From: Candidatus Methanomethylicia archaeon
GTDB lineage: Archaea; Thermoproteota; Methanomethylicia; Culexarchaeales; Culexarchaeaceae
Assembly: GCA_038727515.1 (NCBI GenBank)
Contig: JAVYVS010000002.1
Location: 224,001 to 288,000 of the forward strand
Direction of reading: 5' to 3'
DNA length: 64,000 nucleotides
The position numbers were made by a program, and so were the translations under genes. Position 1 is the stretch's first letter; every line of letters starts with the position of its first letter. The notes beneath the pieces were generated by a model. It made no database searches and was not told the origin of the DNA. It was given only the letters and a program-made list of their open reading frames with translations. This document shows positions 50,962 through 60,470 of this stretch, piece by piece.

Positions 50962-51820
50962 AATGGAATATATAATTTATCCCGGATGTTTAAGTGTTAC
51001 TGAGCAATATTCATATGAAGTTTCATGTATAAACGTTTTGAATCATTTAGGTGTAGATTTTACTTATGCTGAAAATGTTAATTGTTGCGGTTTTCCTCTT
51101 AGAAGTTTAAATTCCTTTGGATGGATATACTTATCTGCACGTTTAATTTCTGTTTTAGAAGATTACAATAAACCTTGCATACTGCTTTGTAATTGGTGTC
51201 ACGCATCATTAACATATGCATTGAAAATTCTTAGTGAAAATGAAGAATTAACCTCTTGGGTTAACGATCTTTTATCAAAGGAGGATTTGAGATTTAATGG
51301 TAAACTTGTATTCAAACATTTATTGGGATTCTTATATTACGATATTGGAATTGAGAAGTTGAAATCGAATATTAAGAGGTTTATGGGAGGTTTAAAATTC
51401 TCTATACATCCTGGATGTCTATTCTTTAGACCTAGAGATATTGATAGACCTGATAACCCATATGAACCTAGAATTCTTAAAGATCTCGTTGAATTATTGG
51501 GTGCTGAAGCTAATGTACATTTAGACTGTTGTGGATGGGCTATTTACAAAACTAATAGTGATACTGGTTTAACTTTAGCTGGAAATAGAATTAAGACTGC
51601 TTATGGTACTGATGGAATAATTATATCGTGTCCTCATGGCGGTGAAATGTTGGATAAATATTATAATGATGCATGTAAAACCATTGGATTTAATGGTGAA
51701 GTTCCAGTATTATACTACACTCAGCTATTGGGTTTAGCCCTTGGAATTGACCCTAAGAATCTAGCTTTAAACCTAAATAAATCCCCAGTAAAATCACTAT
51801 TAGATAAGATTGGTGTTTGA
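50954..51820 (+). CDS. hdrB: Heterodisulfide reductase subunit B-like (CCG domains)
   Basis: YPGC..NCCG..LCNWC; HPGC..DCCG..SCPHG; PVLYYTQLLGLALG. Confidence 0.9.
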   Translation: MFKMEYIIYPGCLSVTEQYSYEVSCINVLNHLGVDFTYAENVNCCGFPLRSLNSFGWIYLSARLISVLEDYNKPCILLCNWCHASLTYALKILSENEELTSWVNDLLSKEDLRFNGKLVFKHLLGFLYYDIGIEKLKSNIKRFMGGLKFSIHPGCLFFRPRDIDRPDNPYEPRILKDLVELLGAEANVHLDCCGWAIYKTNSDTGLTLAGNRIKTAYGTDGIIISCPHGGEMLDKYYNDACKTIGFNGEVPVLYYTQLLGLALGIDPKNLALNLNKSPVKSLLDKIGV

Positions 51821-53050
51821 TTTAGGTAATGGAACTATTGTGGAAGCATTATATACGACTTTAACTTCAGCATCTTTACCCTTAACTCTTATTGCTTCAT
51901 TTATTGCTTCCTCTAAATCGTAGAATGCCCTTATTCCAATATCTTCTAAAACTTCCTTCCTAAGTGAAGTTACAGCCCATACATCTGTCCTCATAAATGT
52001 TTCTAACATTTTCGCAGCTTTATGATATCCAAGTTTATAATTCCTCCTTATATGTTCTAATGTACTCTCTACATCTTTATTTTCCCTACTCTTTAGTAAT
52101 AAATCGTAGAAGTTTCTTGGACCTATACCATCCCTACATTCAGCCACTAATATTATTATTCCACCATCCTTCACCACTAATTTCGAATGTTCTATTGCTT
52201 TTTGTGCTTGATATAATGATATATCAAATGGATTATTTGCTACTGCAACTACTATATCCCCCTTTCCATGGGATTCAACTATAAATATCTCATTGGCTTT
52301 TTCTACACTTTCCATGAAACTTGTTTTTATATTACCAGTCTTTATTGATGCTAATTCTCCATTAGCATCTAGAACCATCATTATTGAATATATATCTTCA
52401 ATCCTACCTAGTACTTCTAATGCATCCATCATATCTTCATGAACTGGATTTCCATTCAATTTCAATAATGTTGCATTTGAATCTAATGCGAATCTATGAT
52501 TGTATTCTATTGTTCCGTAACTTGATAATCCTGGAAGTAGAAATTTCCTTCCTCCAGTATACCCTGCGAAATAATGTGGTTCAACTGATCCTATAACTAT
52601 GATTTTATCAGCTTCCAATAATCTTTTATCAATGTATACTCTATTTCCACGTTTTGTTTCTCCAATATATTCATGTTCTTCAACTTTCTTTGCATCATGT
52701 ATTACAGTTCTATACCTATAATAATCATATTTATTTCCCAATATCCACTTTAATTCTTCTTCAGTTGGAGATCTATGAGCTCCTGTAGCTACAATTATCT
52801 TAACCTCTTTATCTTTAATCTTTTCATGTATTTTATTAAGTATTTTTGATGTGGGTGTTGGTCTTTCTTGATCATTCACCACCAATAAGATTTTTCCCTT
52901 ATCGTATATGAAATCTTCAATTTCCCTATCTATTGATACATTTACATCCCCTGTAATAGCTTTCTTCAAATTTAATGTTTCAATTGAGATTTCACTTGGT
53001 ACTTTACATTTTATAATCCTTTTATTTCCATATGGAATTTCTATGATCAC
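51800..53050 (-). CDS. larA: Nickel-pincer-dependent lactate racemase family (LarA)
   Basis: IPYG, VND.ERPTP, ATGAHR, PHYFAGYTGGRK..LPG, NPVHEDM, LYQAQKA, AEC.DG.G. Confidence 0.92.
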   Translation of the reverse strand: MIIEIPYGNKRIIKCKVPSEISIETLNLKKAITGDVNVSIDREIEDFIYDKGKILLVVNDQERPTPTSKILNKIHEKIKDKEVKIIVATGAHRSPTEEELKWILGNKYDYYRYRTVIHDAKKVEEHEYIGETKRGNRVYIDKRLLEADKIIVIGSVEPHYFAGYTGGRKFLLPGLSSYGTIEYNHRFALDSNATLLKLNGNPVHEDMMDALEVLGRIEDIYSIMMVLDANGELASIKTGNIKTSFMESVEKANEIFIVESHGKGDIVVAVANNPFDISLYQAQKAIEHSKLVVKDGGIIILVAECRDGIGPRNFYDLLLKSRENKDVESTLEHIRRNYKLGYHKAAKMLETFMRTDVWAVTSLRKEVLEDIGIRAFYDLEEAINEAIRVKGKDAEVKVVYNASTIVPLPKSNTNLI

Positions 53051-55017
53051 TAATGCTTCACCAATATTGCTTGAATAGCTGTATTTATAATTTCATCTGT
53101 AAAGTGTCTTTGTATTATTGCTCTTGATGGGCATGCTGAAGCGCATATTCCACATCCCATACATGCACCTTCATCTATTTCAGCGGTTTTCTTTTCATTA
53201 TTTATTTTTATCACATTGTATGGGCATGATGCTACACATATTCCACATCCACTACATCTTTCTTCTATTACTTCAGCTATGTATGGTTCTGATTCAATTT
53301 CATTTTTCATTAAAAGTTTTATTGCTTGTGCTGCTGCAGCTGATGCTTGTGCAATACTTGATGGTATATCCTTTAAACCTTGTGCGCATCCACAAATGTA
53401 TATTCCTCTCGTAGTTGAATCTACTGGTCTAAGTTTTGGATGAGCTTCCAATAAGAATCCATCGATTCCTCTTGGAATTTTAAGTTTTGACGCTAAATCC
53501 ATGGTTGATGGATTTGGAATTAAACCTACTTCAAGTATTACAATATCTACTTTAAATTTGTATAGTTCATTTAGATTTATATCGAAAACTTCAAATACAA
53601 GTTTTCCATTTTCCAATCTTATTTCCATAGGTTTACCTCTAATGAAATATATGTTCTTCATATCTCTAATTCTCTTATAGAATTCTTCATACCCCTTCCC
53701 ATTGGTTCTAATGTCTGTGTAGAATATGTATACCTTTGTATTTGGGTTTGATGAAGCTATATAATATGCATGTTTCAATCCCGCCATGCATCCTATACTA
53801 CAACAATATGGTAAATATCTTTCATCTCTTGAACCTGCACATAGTATTATTGCTGCTTCCTCCGGTTCTTTTTCATCACTTAACCTAATTATCCTACCCT
53901 TTGTAGGTCCCTCAGATGAATATATTCTTTCAAATTCCAACCCCGTTATCACATCCCTATACTTGCCATAACCATATTCTTGTAAATCCTTTGCATTCAT
54001 AATTTCATATCCAGTTGCAATTATTATTGCTCCAACTTCTATTTCTATTTCTTCATCTTGATCATTGAAGTTTATTGCTTTTGATGGACATATTCTTTCA
54101 CATACACCACATATTCCTCTAGTTATTTTTAAGCAATGTTTTGAATCTATAACATAAGCATTTGGAATAGCTTGTGGAAATGGTTTGTATATGGCTTTTC
54201 TCAATTTTAATCCAAGGTTGAATTCATCCGGTATGTCTTTTATTGGACATTTCTCACTACACATACCACAAGCTACACACTTATCCACATCAACATATCT
54301 CGCCTTTTTCTTGATTTTTACCTGAAATGAACCTACACGTCCCTTAACATCCACTACCTCTGAATTTGTTAGAATCTTTATATTCCTATTCTTTGCAACT
54401 TCATTCATTAATGGTGTTAATATACATAGTGAACAATCAAGCGTTGGGAAGGTTTTATCCAATTGAGCCATCTTCCCGCCAATTGATGGGGATTTTTCAA
54501 CCATGTACACTTCTATTCCAGCTTCAGCTATATCTAATGCAGCTCTAATTCCAGCAATACCCCCTCCAATTACTAGAGCTCTCCTTGTGATTGGTAGTTT
54601 AACCCTCTTTAATGGTTCATATAAACAAACTTTTTTAACTGCTGCTCTAATTATATCAATGGCTTTCTCTGTAGCTTCCTCTGGATTGTCATAATGTACC
54701 CATGCACATTGCTCCCTTATATTGGCCATCTCAAATAAGTATCTATTTAATCCCCCCTCTTCTACAGCCCTCATAAATGTTTCTTCATGCATAGTTGGTG
54801 AACAGGCTGCAACAACAACTCTATCAACTTTATCATTCTTTATATCGTCAATTATCATTTGCTGTCCATTCTTTGAACACATAAATGTATAATCTACAGC
54901 TACAGATACTTCATTTAACTTTCTAATTTCTTCAACAACCCTCTTTACATCTATTACTCCAGCTATATTCTTGCCGCAATGGCAAATATAAACTCCAACT
55001 TTAACCATTTCCCTCAA
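53050..55017 (-). CDS. hdrA: Heterodisulfide reductase subunit A (flavin-bifurcating)
   Basis: GVYICHCG.NI, AACSP..HE, ANIREQCAWVH, IGGGIAG, LDKTFPTLDCS.C, CAGSRD, EAHPKLRP, two ferredoxin domains; no fused MvhD. Confidence 0.95.
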   Translation of the reverse strand: MREMVKVGVYICHCGKNIAGVIDVKRVVEEIRKLNEVSVAVDYTFMCSKNGQQMIIDDIKNDKVDRVVVAACSPTMHEETFMRAVEEGGLNRYLFEMANIREQCAWVHYDNPEEATEKAIDIIRAAVKKVCLYEPLKRVKLPITRRALVIGGGIAGIRAALDIAEAGIEVYMVEKSPSIGGKMAQLDKTFPTLDCSLCILTPLMNEVAKNRNIKILTNSEVVDVKGRVGSFQVKIKKKARYVDVDKCVACGMCSEKCPIKDIPDEFNLGLKLRKAIYKPFPQAIPNAYVIDSKHCLKITRGICGVCERICPSKAINFNDQDEEIEIEVGAIIIATGYEIMNAKDLQEYGYGKYRDVITGLEFERIYSSEGPTKGRIIRLSDEKEPEEAAIILCAGSRDERYLPYCCSIGCMAGLKHAYYIASSNPNTKVYIFYTDIRTNGKGYEEFYKRIRDMKNIYFIRGKPMEIRLENGKLVFEVFDINLNELYKFKVDIVILEVGLIPNPSTMDLASKLKIPRGIDGFLLEAHPKLRPVDSTTRGIYICGCAQGLKDIPSSIAQASAAAAQAIKLLMKNEIESEPYIAEVIEERCSGCGICVASCPYNVIKINNEKKTAEIDEGACMGCGICASACPSRAIIQRHFTDEIINTAIQAILVKH

Positions 55018-55049
55018 CCATGAATAACATTTCTACTATATAAAAGGAT

Positions 55050-55982
55050 TCATTTACCCATGCTCTTTAATCTTTCAATGAATTTAGGTATGAATTCATA
55101 TAGGTCTGCTACAACACCATAATCTGCAGATTTAATTATTGGAGCTTCTGAATCTTTATTTATAGCTACGACTACCTTTGCATTTTGAATTCCAGCTAGA
55201 TGTTGTATTGCTCCAGATATTCCTACTGCAATATATAATTTTGGACTTACTTTATGTCCAGATAATCCAATCCATTCATTAAACCATTTTAAATCTGCTG
55301 CTACAGGTCTACTACAAGATATAACTCCCCCTAGGATTTTCGCTAGTTCTTCCATTATTTTGCAATCTTCCTTCTTCTTGACACCTCTCCCTACTGCAAC
55401 TATAACTTCTGCACTTTCTAATGGTACAGCGCTCAACTCCTTCTTCTTTACATCAATAACTAAAGTTTTTGTTTCTATAGGTTTCACTTTTTCATATATG
55501 ATTTCACATGTAAAATTCCATTCAGATTTTGGTTCTGAAATTCTTCTAGGAACAGTCATTATGGCTTTTTCAGATAGAACTTTTATAGTTTCAACAGCTT
55601 TTGAAGCATAAACCATTCTTTTACCAATAAGTTTCCCATCTACATCAATTTTGAAGTCTATACAATCCGCTATGTAACTAGCTCCAATGTTTACAGCAAT
55701 CTTTATTGCAATTTCCTTATTGACTTTATTTGATTCAAGAATTATCAATTTTGCTTCTTCCCTTTCCGATATTCCCATTATTGCATCAATTAATTCTTCA
55801 ATATTTCTTAAGCCTTCTATTACGTATAATTTGTTTATACCATATCTCCCCATTTCTTCTCTCATATTTGGTTTCATTGTTGTTATTGATGAAATTGATG
55901 ATTCCATGGGGATGGATTCCCTTACTTTTGCAGCAATTTCCATTAATGCTTCGAGATTTTCAGAGAACGTTACGATTTTCAT
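55050..55982 (-). CDS. etfA: Electron transfer flavoprotein alpha subunit
   Basis: VAVGRG, CSRPV, IGLSG..V.PKLYIAVGISGAIQHLAG, AINKD..API...ADYG. Confidence 0.95.
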   Translation of the reverse strand: MKIVTFSENLEALMEIAAKVRESIPMESSISSITTMKPNMREEMGRYGINKLYVIEGLRNIEELIDAIMGISEREEAKLIILESNKVNKEIAIKIAVNIGASYIADCIDFKIDVDGKLIGKRMVYASKAVETIKVLSEKAIMTVPRRISEPKSEWNFTCEIIYEKVKPIETKTLVIDVKKKELSAVPLESAEVIVAVGRGVKKKEDCKIMEELAKILGGVISCSRPVAADLKWFNEWIGLSGHKVSPKLYIAVGISGAIQHLAGIQNAKVVVAINKDSEAPIIKSADYGVVADLYEFIPKFIERLKSMGK

Positions 55983-55989
55983 GTATGTT

Positions 55990-56769
55990 TCACCTCTTTA
56001 TAACTCCCTCTTTAATTAAGTTATTTAATAGTTCATCTACGGCTTTATCTACTGGTAGATCCTTTATTACTATCCCCTTTCTTTTGATTTCAACTCCTTT
56101 AACTTCTAAAACTTTTGTTTTTGGTTTTAAATCTATCTTCAATTGACTTAAATTTATGGTTTCTATAGGTTTCTTTGCTGCTCTGAGGATAGCCATCAAC
56201 TGTGGTAATCTAGGTATATTTATTTCTCTTGTTACAGTTATTAGTACTGGCATTTTAGCTTTCACTATTTCAATTCTATCTTCTAAATCTCTTTCCACAG
56301 TAACTTCATTTCCCTCTACATTTATGCTTCTAGCATATGTTATACATGGTATCTTCATGTTTTCAGCTATTCTAACGCCCACTTGTGCAGTATATTTATC
56401 TATGGACATTTCACCACATAGTATTATTTGAAATGGGCCTCTTGTTTTTAGAATATTTGCTATAGCTTCTGAAACTACATATTCATCTATTTCTCCAAGA
56501 TCATTCAATATATGTATTGCATTATCTACGCCCATGGCAATAGCTTCTCTCAAAACCTCTTTTGCTTTTTCCCCTCCAAGGGTTATTGCAGTTACCTTTC
56601 CACCATGCTTCTCTTTAATTTTCAAGGCTTCTTCTATAGCATTTCTATCTATATCACTAATTTTCATTGGTGTTACACTTATCAATGGTTCAAAACTTTT
56701 TGGATCTATTTTTAATTGTGCAACATCTATTGATTGTTTTATGCAAACAGCTATCTCCACATCATTCAC
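55990..56769 (-). CDS. etfB: Electron transfer flavoprotein beta subunit
   Basis: VCIKQ, D.NAIEEAL, A.AMGVD, CGEMSID..TAQVG, INIPR. Confidence 0.95.
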   Translation of the reverse strand: MNDVEIAVCIKQSIDVAQLKIDPKSFEPLISVTPMKISDIDRNAIEEALKIKEKHGGKVTAITLGGEKAKEVLREAIAMGVDNAIHILNDLGEIDEYVVSEAIANILKTRGPFQIILCGEMSIDKYTAQVGVRIAENMKIPCITYARSINVEGNEVTVERDLEDRIEIVKAKMPVLITVTREINIPRLPQLMAILRAAKKPIETINLSQLKIDLKPKTKVLEVKGVEIKRKGIVIKDLPVDKAVDELLNNLIKEGVIKR

Positions 56770-56850
56770 CTTCTGAACTCAATTTTAATTTTCATTATTT
56801 AACCTTAGCGTTTACAGAGAATCTTTTTATTCTAAACTTATAATCCTTTA

Positions 56851-58131
56851 TTGGTGTTTAATTTGGGTAGAACTTCTAGGGTTTCCGGCTTCTACAATCT
56901 TCCAGTTGAAGAGAGGCTTAAATTCGTTAAGGATTTTGCTGGTTTAACTGATGAAGAAGTTAATTTAATCTCTAAGTGTGGTAGATTATCAATTGATTTA
57001 GCTGATAAAATGATTGAGAATGTTATTGGAACATTTGAACTCCCCTTTGGCATTGCAGTCAATTTTTTGATTAATGGTAGAGATTACATTATACCTATGG
57101 TTATAGAGGAGCCTTCCGTTGTTGCTGCTGCAAGTAATGCTGCTAGAATTATGCGTGAAGGTGGTGGGATATTTACAAATAGTACTTCACCCATAATGAT
57201 TGGACAAATTCAATTAGTTAATGTATTGTCTTCACGTAAAGCTGCATTTCAAATATTGTCACATAAAGATGAAATCCTTAAAATTGCAAATGAGAAGGAT
57301 CCAATTTTATTTGGTCTGGGTGGTGGCGCTAAGGATTTGGAGGTTCGAATAGTTGAATCTCAGATAGGCCCAATGGTAATTATACATTTACTTGTGGATG
57401 TTAGGGATGCTATGGGTGCTAATGCTGTTAATACCATGGCTGAGGCTGTTGCACCATACATTGAGAAGATTACTGGAGGTAAAGTTTATTTAAGGATAAT
57501 ATCTAATCTCGCTGATAGACGTCTCGTTAGAGCTTATTGTAGAATTCCAAAGAATGTTATTGGTGAAGATCTTGTTGAAGGTATAGTATATGCATATCAT
57601 TTTGCTGCTTCAGATCCATATCGTGCCGCTACACATAATAAGGGTATAATGAATGGTATTATAGCTGTAGCTTTGGCTACTGGTAATGATACTAGAGCCT
57701 TAGAGGCTGGTGCTCATGCATATGCTTCTAGGAGTGGTGCCTATAAGCCTTTAAGTGTTTGGGAGAGGGATGAAAATGGAGATTTAATTGGTTGGCTTGA
57801 AATGCCCATGGCTGTGGGTATTGTGGGTGGTGCTACTAGAAGTAATCCACTTGCAAAAATTTCACTTAAAATTTTAGGTGTAAAATCTGCTAGTGAATTA
57901 GCTGAAGTTATGGGTGCTGTTGGTCTTGCACAAAATTTTGCTGCTTTAAGAGCTTTAGCTTCTGAGGGTATTCAACGTGGCCATATGAAACTTCATGCTA
58001 GGAATATTGCAATTATGGCTGGCGCTATTGGTGATGAAATTGATAAAGTGGCTTCTGAAATGGTTAGATTACAAGTTATTCGTGTAGATAAAGCTAAAGA
58101 AATATTGATGAAAATAAGGGGTGAACGATAA
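56851..58131 (+). CDS. mvaA: HMG-CoA reductase, class II (bacterial-type)
   Basis: MIENVIG, EEPSVVAA, DAMGAN..N, RAATHNKGIMNG, EGIQRGHMKLH. Confidence 0.93.
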   Translation: MVFNLGRTSRVSGFYNLPVEERLKFVKDFAGLTDEEVNLISKCGRLSIDLADKMIENVIGTFELPFGIAVNFLINGRDYIIPMVIEEPSVVAAASNAARIMREGGGIFTNSTSPIMIGQIQLVNVLSSRKAAFQILSHKDEILKIANEKDPILFGLGGGAKDLEVRIVESQIGPMVIIHLLVDVRDAMGANAVNTMAEAVAPYIEKITGGKVYLRIISNLADRRLVRAYCRIPKNVIGEDLVEGIVYAYHFAASDPYRAATHNKGIMNGIIAVALATGNDTRALEAGAHAYASRSGAYKPLSVWERDENGDLIGWLEMPMAVGIVGGATRSNPLAKISLKILGVKSASELAEVMGAVGLAQNFAALRALASEGIQRGHMKLHARNIAIMAGAIGDEIDKVASEMVRLQVIRVDKAKEILMKIRGER

Positions 58132-58148
58132 CAATTAAATTCTTTTGT

Positions 58149-59906
58149 TTAGCCTTTTTTTATCCAACAATCATAGATTTTTCTCTCAAACTTAACTATA
58201 ACATGTTTATAATTCTTTTTGAATTCTAATCCATTTTTCTCCAATTCATTTAATATCTTCTTATATCTATCATGTAATTCTTTAAGTGCTTCTATTGCTT
58301 CTTCTAGTGTTGCTTCTTTAAATTTAATTTTTGTTTTTGGTTCACATTGTGAAAAAATGTTTAAGTCTGGTTCTATTATTTTACCTATTACAGCATATCC
58401 TCCTGTAGTTTGTGCATCAGCCATTAATACTATTGGATTTCCATCCCCTGGAATTTGTATTGCACCTGGAAGTGTTCCACAACTTATTAATCTTCCAACA
58501 CCTTTAATTTTTGCTTCAATATCTTTCTCCAACCTATAACCCATTCTATTTATGTTGCTTGTAACTGTGAATTTTGTATTTGTGAAATCTTTAATCATTT
58601 CCTCCGTGAAGTATTGGAGGTGTGGTCCTAATAAAATTCTAAATTCATTTTTCCTTTCTCTTTTCCAGTTTATTCTTCTTGCTGGACATGTTTCTATTAT
58701 TTCGTTAAACATATTTTTAGATGTAGTTATTATTGCATTTTTGGTTAGTTCTCTTCCAATTCCAGCAGTTAGATAATGTGATCTACTTCCAAGAATTATA
58801 GGTTCATTTATTCCTCCAGCTATGGAAATATATGATATTAACCCATCTACTATTCTATTAATTTTAATCTTGCTCCCCTTCCTAACTGGTATGGCTCTCC
58901 AAGTTTCAATTTCTTCTCCATCAATTTCCCCCTCCACATTAGCTCCACAAATAGATATTATTATATCTTGTAAAACTGTAGCTTCAAAATTGCTTTGAAA
59001 TATTTCTATACATGCACAATCAATATTGTTTCCAACAAGTATATTTGATGTTATAAATGATTCTTTATCCATAGCTCCAGATACTGGAACACCATACTTC
59101 CTATAACCTTCTCTACCAAGATCTTGTATTGATACACCTGGACCTGCTACATCAACCTTTAATACTGGTTCCCCTTCAATACTCAATGAAGTTTTAGGAG
59201 GTTCTTTTCTTAAAATTTCATCATATACCTCTCTACTTATTGGTTTGAATTTCACATAATCTCCAATTTTGAATATTGTGGGTGGATCTCTATTTGGATC
59301 GAATAATTTTATTGGCGTTCTCCCTATGATTCTCCATCCTCCTGGGCTTTCAAATGGATATATTCCTGTTTGTGTTCCAGCTATTCCTACAGAACCTGCA
59401 GGTACCTTTATCCTTGGATTTTCCAATCTTGGTACAGCTATTTTTTCAGGGACTTCACCCATATATGGGAATCCTGGTATAAATCCAACCATATAAACTC
59501 TGTATACTTGTTCTGAATGTATTTTAATGATTTCTTCAGGTTTTAGTTTAGTTATCTTTGATATCTCTTCTAAATCTAAACCTACATCATAATCATATAA
59601 TGTTGGTATCTCTATTATATTTCGTATTTCTTCTTCAACTATTTCTCTCTCAATTATATTCCCATATACTTCTAGAATTTTCTCTTCTAATTTTTTCCTA
59701 TCTGTATTAAGTGGGTCTATTATGATTAGTATTGTTGTGTAAGCTGGTATTATCTCTTTAATACCGTAATCCCCCTTTAATTTCTCTATTTCATCACTAA
59801 GCATTTTTACCATAGTGTTTATTCTCTTATTTATTTCATTGCCAATTTCTATGAATACTCCATTTTCCCCCATGTGCTGCAAATTTATTTTGCGATTAAA
59901 AAGCAT
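58149..59906 (-). CDS. Fused PxpB-PxpC (KipI/KipA; urea-carboxylase CT-like) protein
   Basis: PxpB: IPAY.T, GFIPGFPY, PR...PR..VPAGSVGIAG.QTGIYP..SPGGW.IIGRTP. PxpC: IQDLGR.G...GVP.SGAMD, NRMGYRL, GAIQIP..G.PIVLMADAQTTGGY. Confidence 0.92.
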   Translation of the reverse strand: MLFNRKINLQHMGENGVFIEIGNEINKRINTMVKMLSDEIEKLKGDYGIKEIIPAYTTILIIIDPLNTDRKKLEEKILEVYGNIIEREIVEEEIRNIIEIPTLYDYDVGLDLEEISKITKLKPEEIIKIHSEQVYRVYMVGFIPGFPYMGEVPEKIAVPRLENPRIKVPAGSVGIAGTQTGIYPFESPGGWRIIGRTPIKLFDPNRDPPTIFKIGDYVKFKPISREVYDEILRKEPPKTSLSIEGEPVLKVDVAGPGVSIQDLGREGYRKYGVPVSGAMDKESFITSNILVGNNIDCACIEIFQSNFEATVLQDIIISICGANVEGEIDGEEIETWRAIPVRKGSKIKINRIVDGLISYISIAGGINEPIILGSRSHYLTAGIGRELTKNAIITTSKNMFNEIIETCPARRINWKRERKNEFRILLGPHLQYFTEEMIKDFTNTKFTVTSNINRMGYRLEKDIEAKIKGVGRLISCGTLPGAIQIPGDGNPIVLMADAQTTGGYAVIGKIIEPDLNIFSQCEPKTKIKFKEATLEEAIEALKELHDRYKKILNELEKNGLEFKKNYKHVIVKFERKIYDCWIKKG

Positions 59907-59980
59907 TCGTATGGCACCTATTCAGAATCTATAAATCTATATATTAGTAGGTTAATCTTAAAAATTGTGAGTGTAATGCT

Positions 59981-60463
59981 ATGATATCTAATGTTAAGAG
60001 TTTTATTGCCGCAGTTATTGCTCTATATAATTATTTATTAGATTGTGGTTTAAGTAATATTCCTGAAGTCACATTATCCTCTGGAGATGATAAGTATACT
60101 TTTACTGATGTTTCTCTGAGAAATAATATTCTAAATTTTAAGTTTAATGGTAAAGATTATTTTGTGAATTTTAGTGATAACGAAATTGAATTTTCTACTG
60201 TTAAGCATGTTTTTGAAGAAGTTGAAAAGGAGGTTGAAGATTTTTTCATAGTTAAGTCTACGGTTTCCGGTAGGGTTATTAATGTTTTTGTCAATGAGGG
60301 AGATAATGTTAAAGAAAATGATTTACTATTGAAAATTGAAGCTATGAAAATGGAAATTGATATTAAATCCCCTGTGAATGGTGTTGTAGATAGAATCTTT
60401 ATTTCTAAGGATATGGAGGTTAAATTGGGTTCACCATTAATCTCCATAAGGGTTTATAGGTGA
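59981..60463 (+). CDS. Stand-alone biotin carboxyl carrier protein
   Basis: EAMKM biotinylation motif, V.EGD.V, I.SPVNG.V; N-terminal FIAAVIAL helix and FKFNGKDYFV hairpin. Confidence 0.9.
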   Translation: MISNVKSFIAAVIALYNYLLDCGLSNIPEVTLSSGDDKYTFTDVSLRNNILNFKFNGKDYFVNFSDNEIEFSTVKHVFEEVEKEVEDFFIVKSTVSGRVINVFVNEGDNVKENDLLLKIEAMKMEIDIKSPVNGVVDRIFISKDMEVKLGSPLISIRVYR

Positions 60464-60470
60464 GGATTTC

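Noticed and set aside
53050-55017. Possible selenocysteine/recoding in HdrA
   Set aside because: The ORF is uninterrupted, with Cys at the expected positions and no in-frame TGA.
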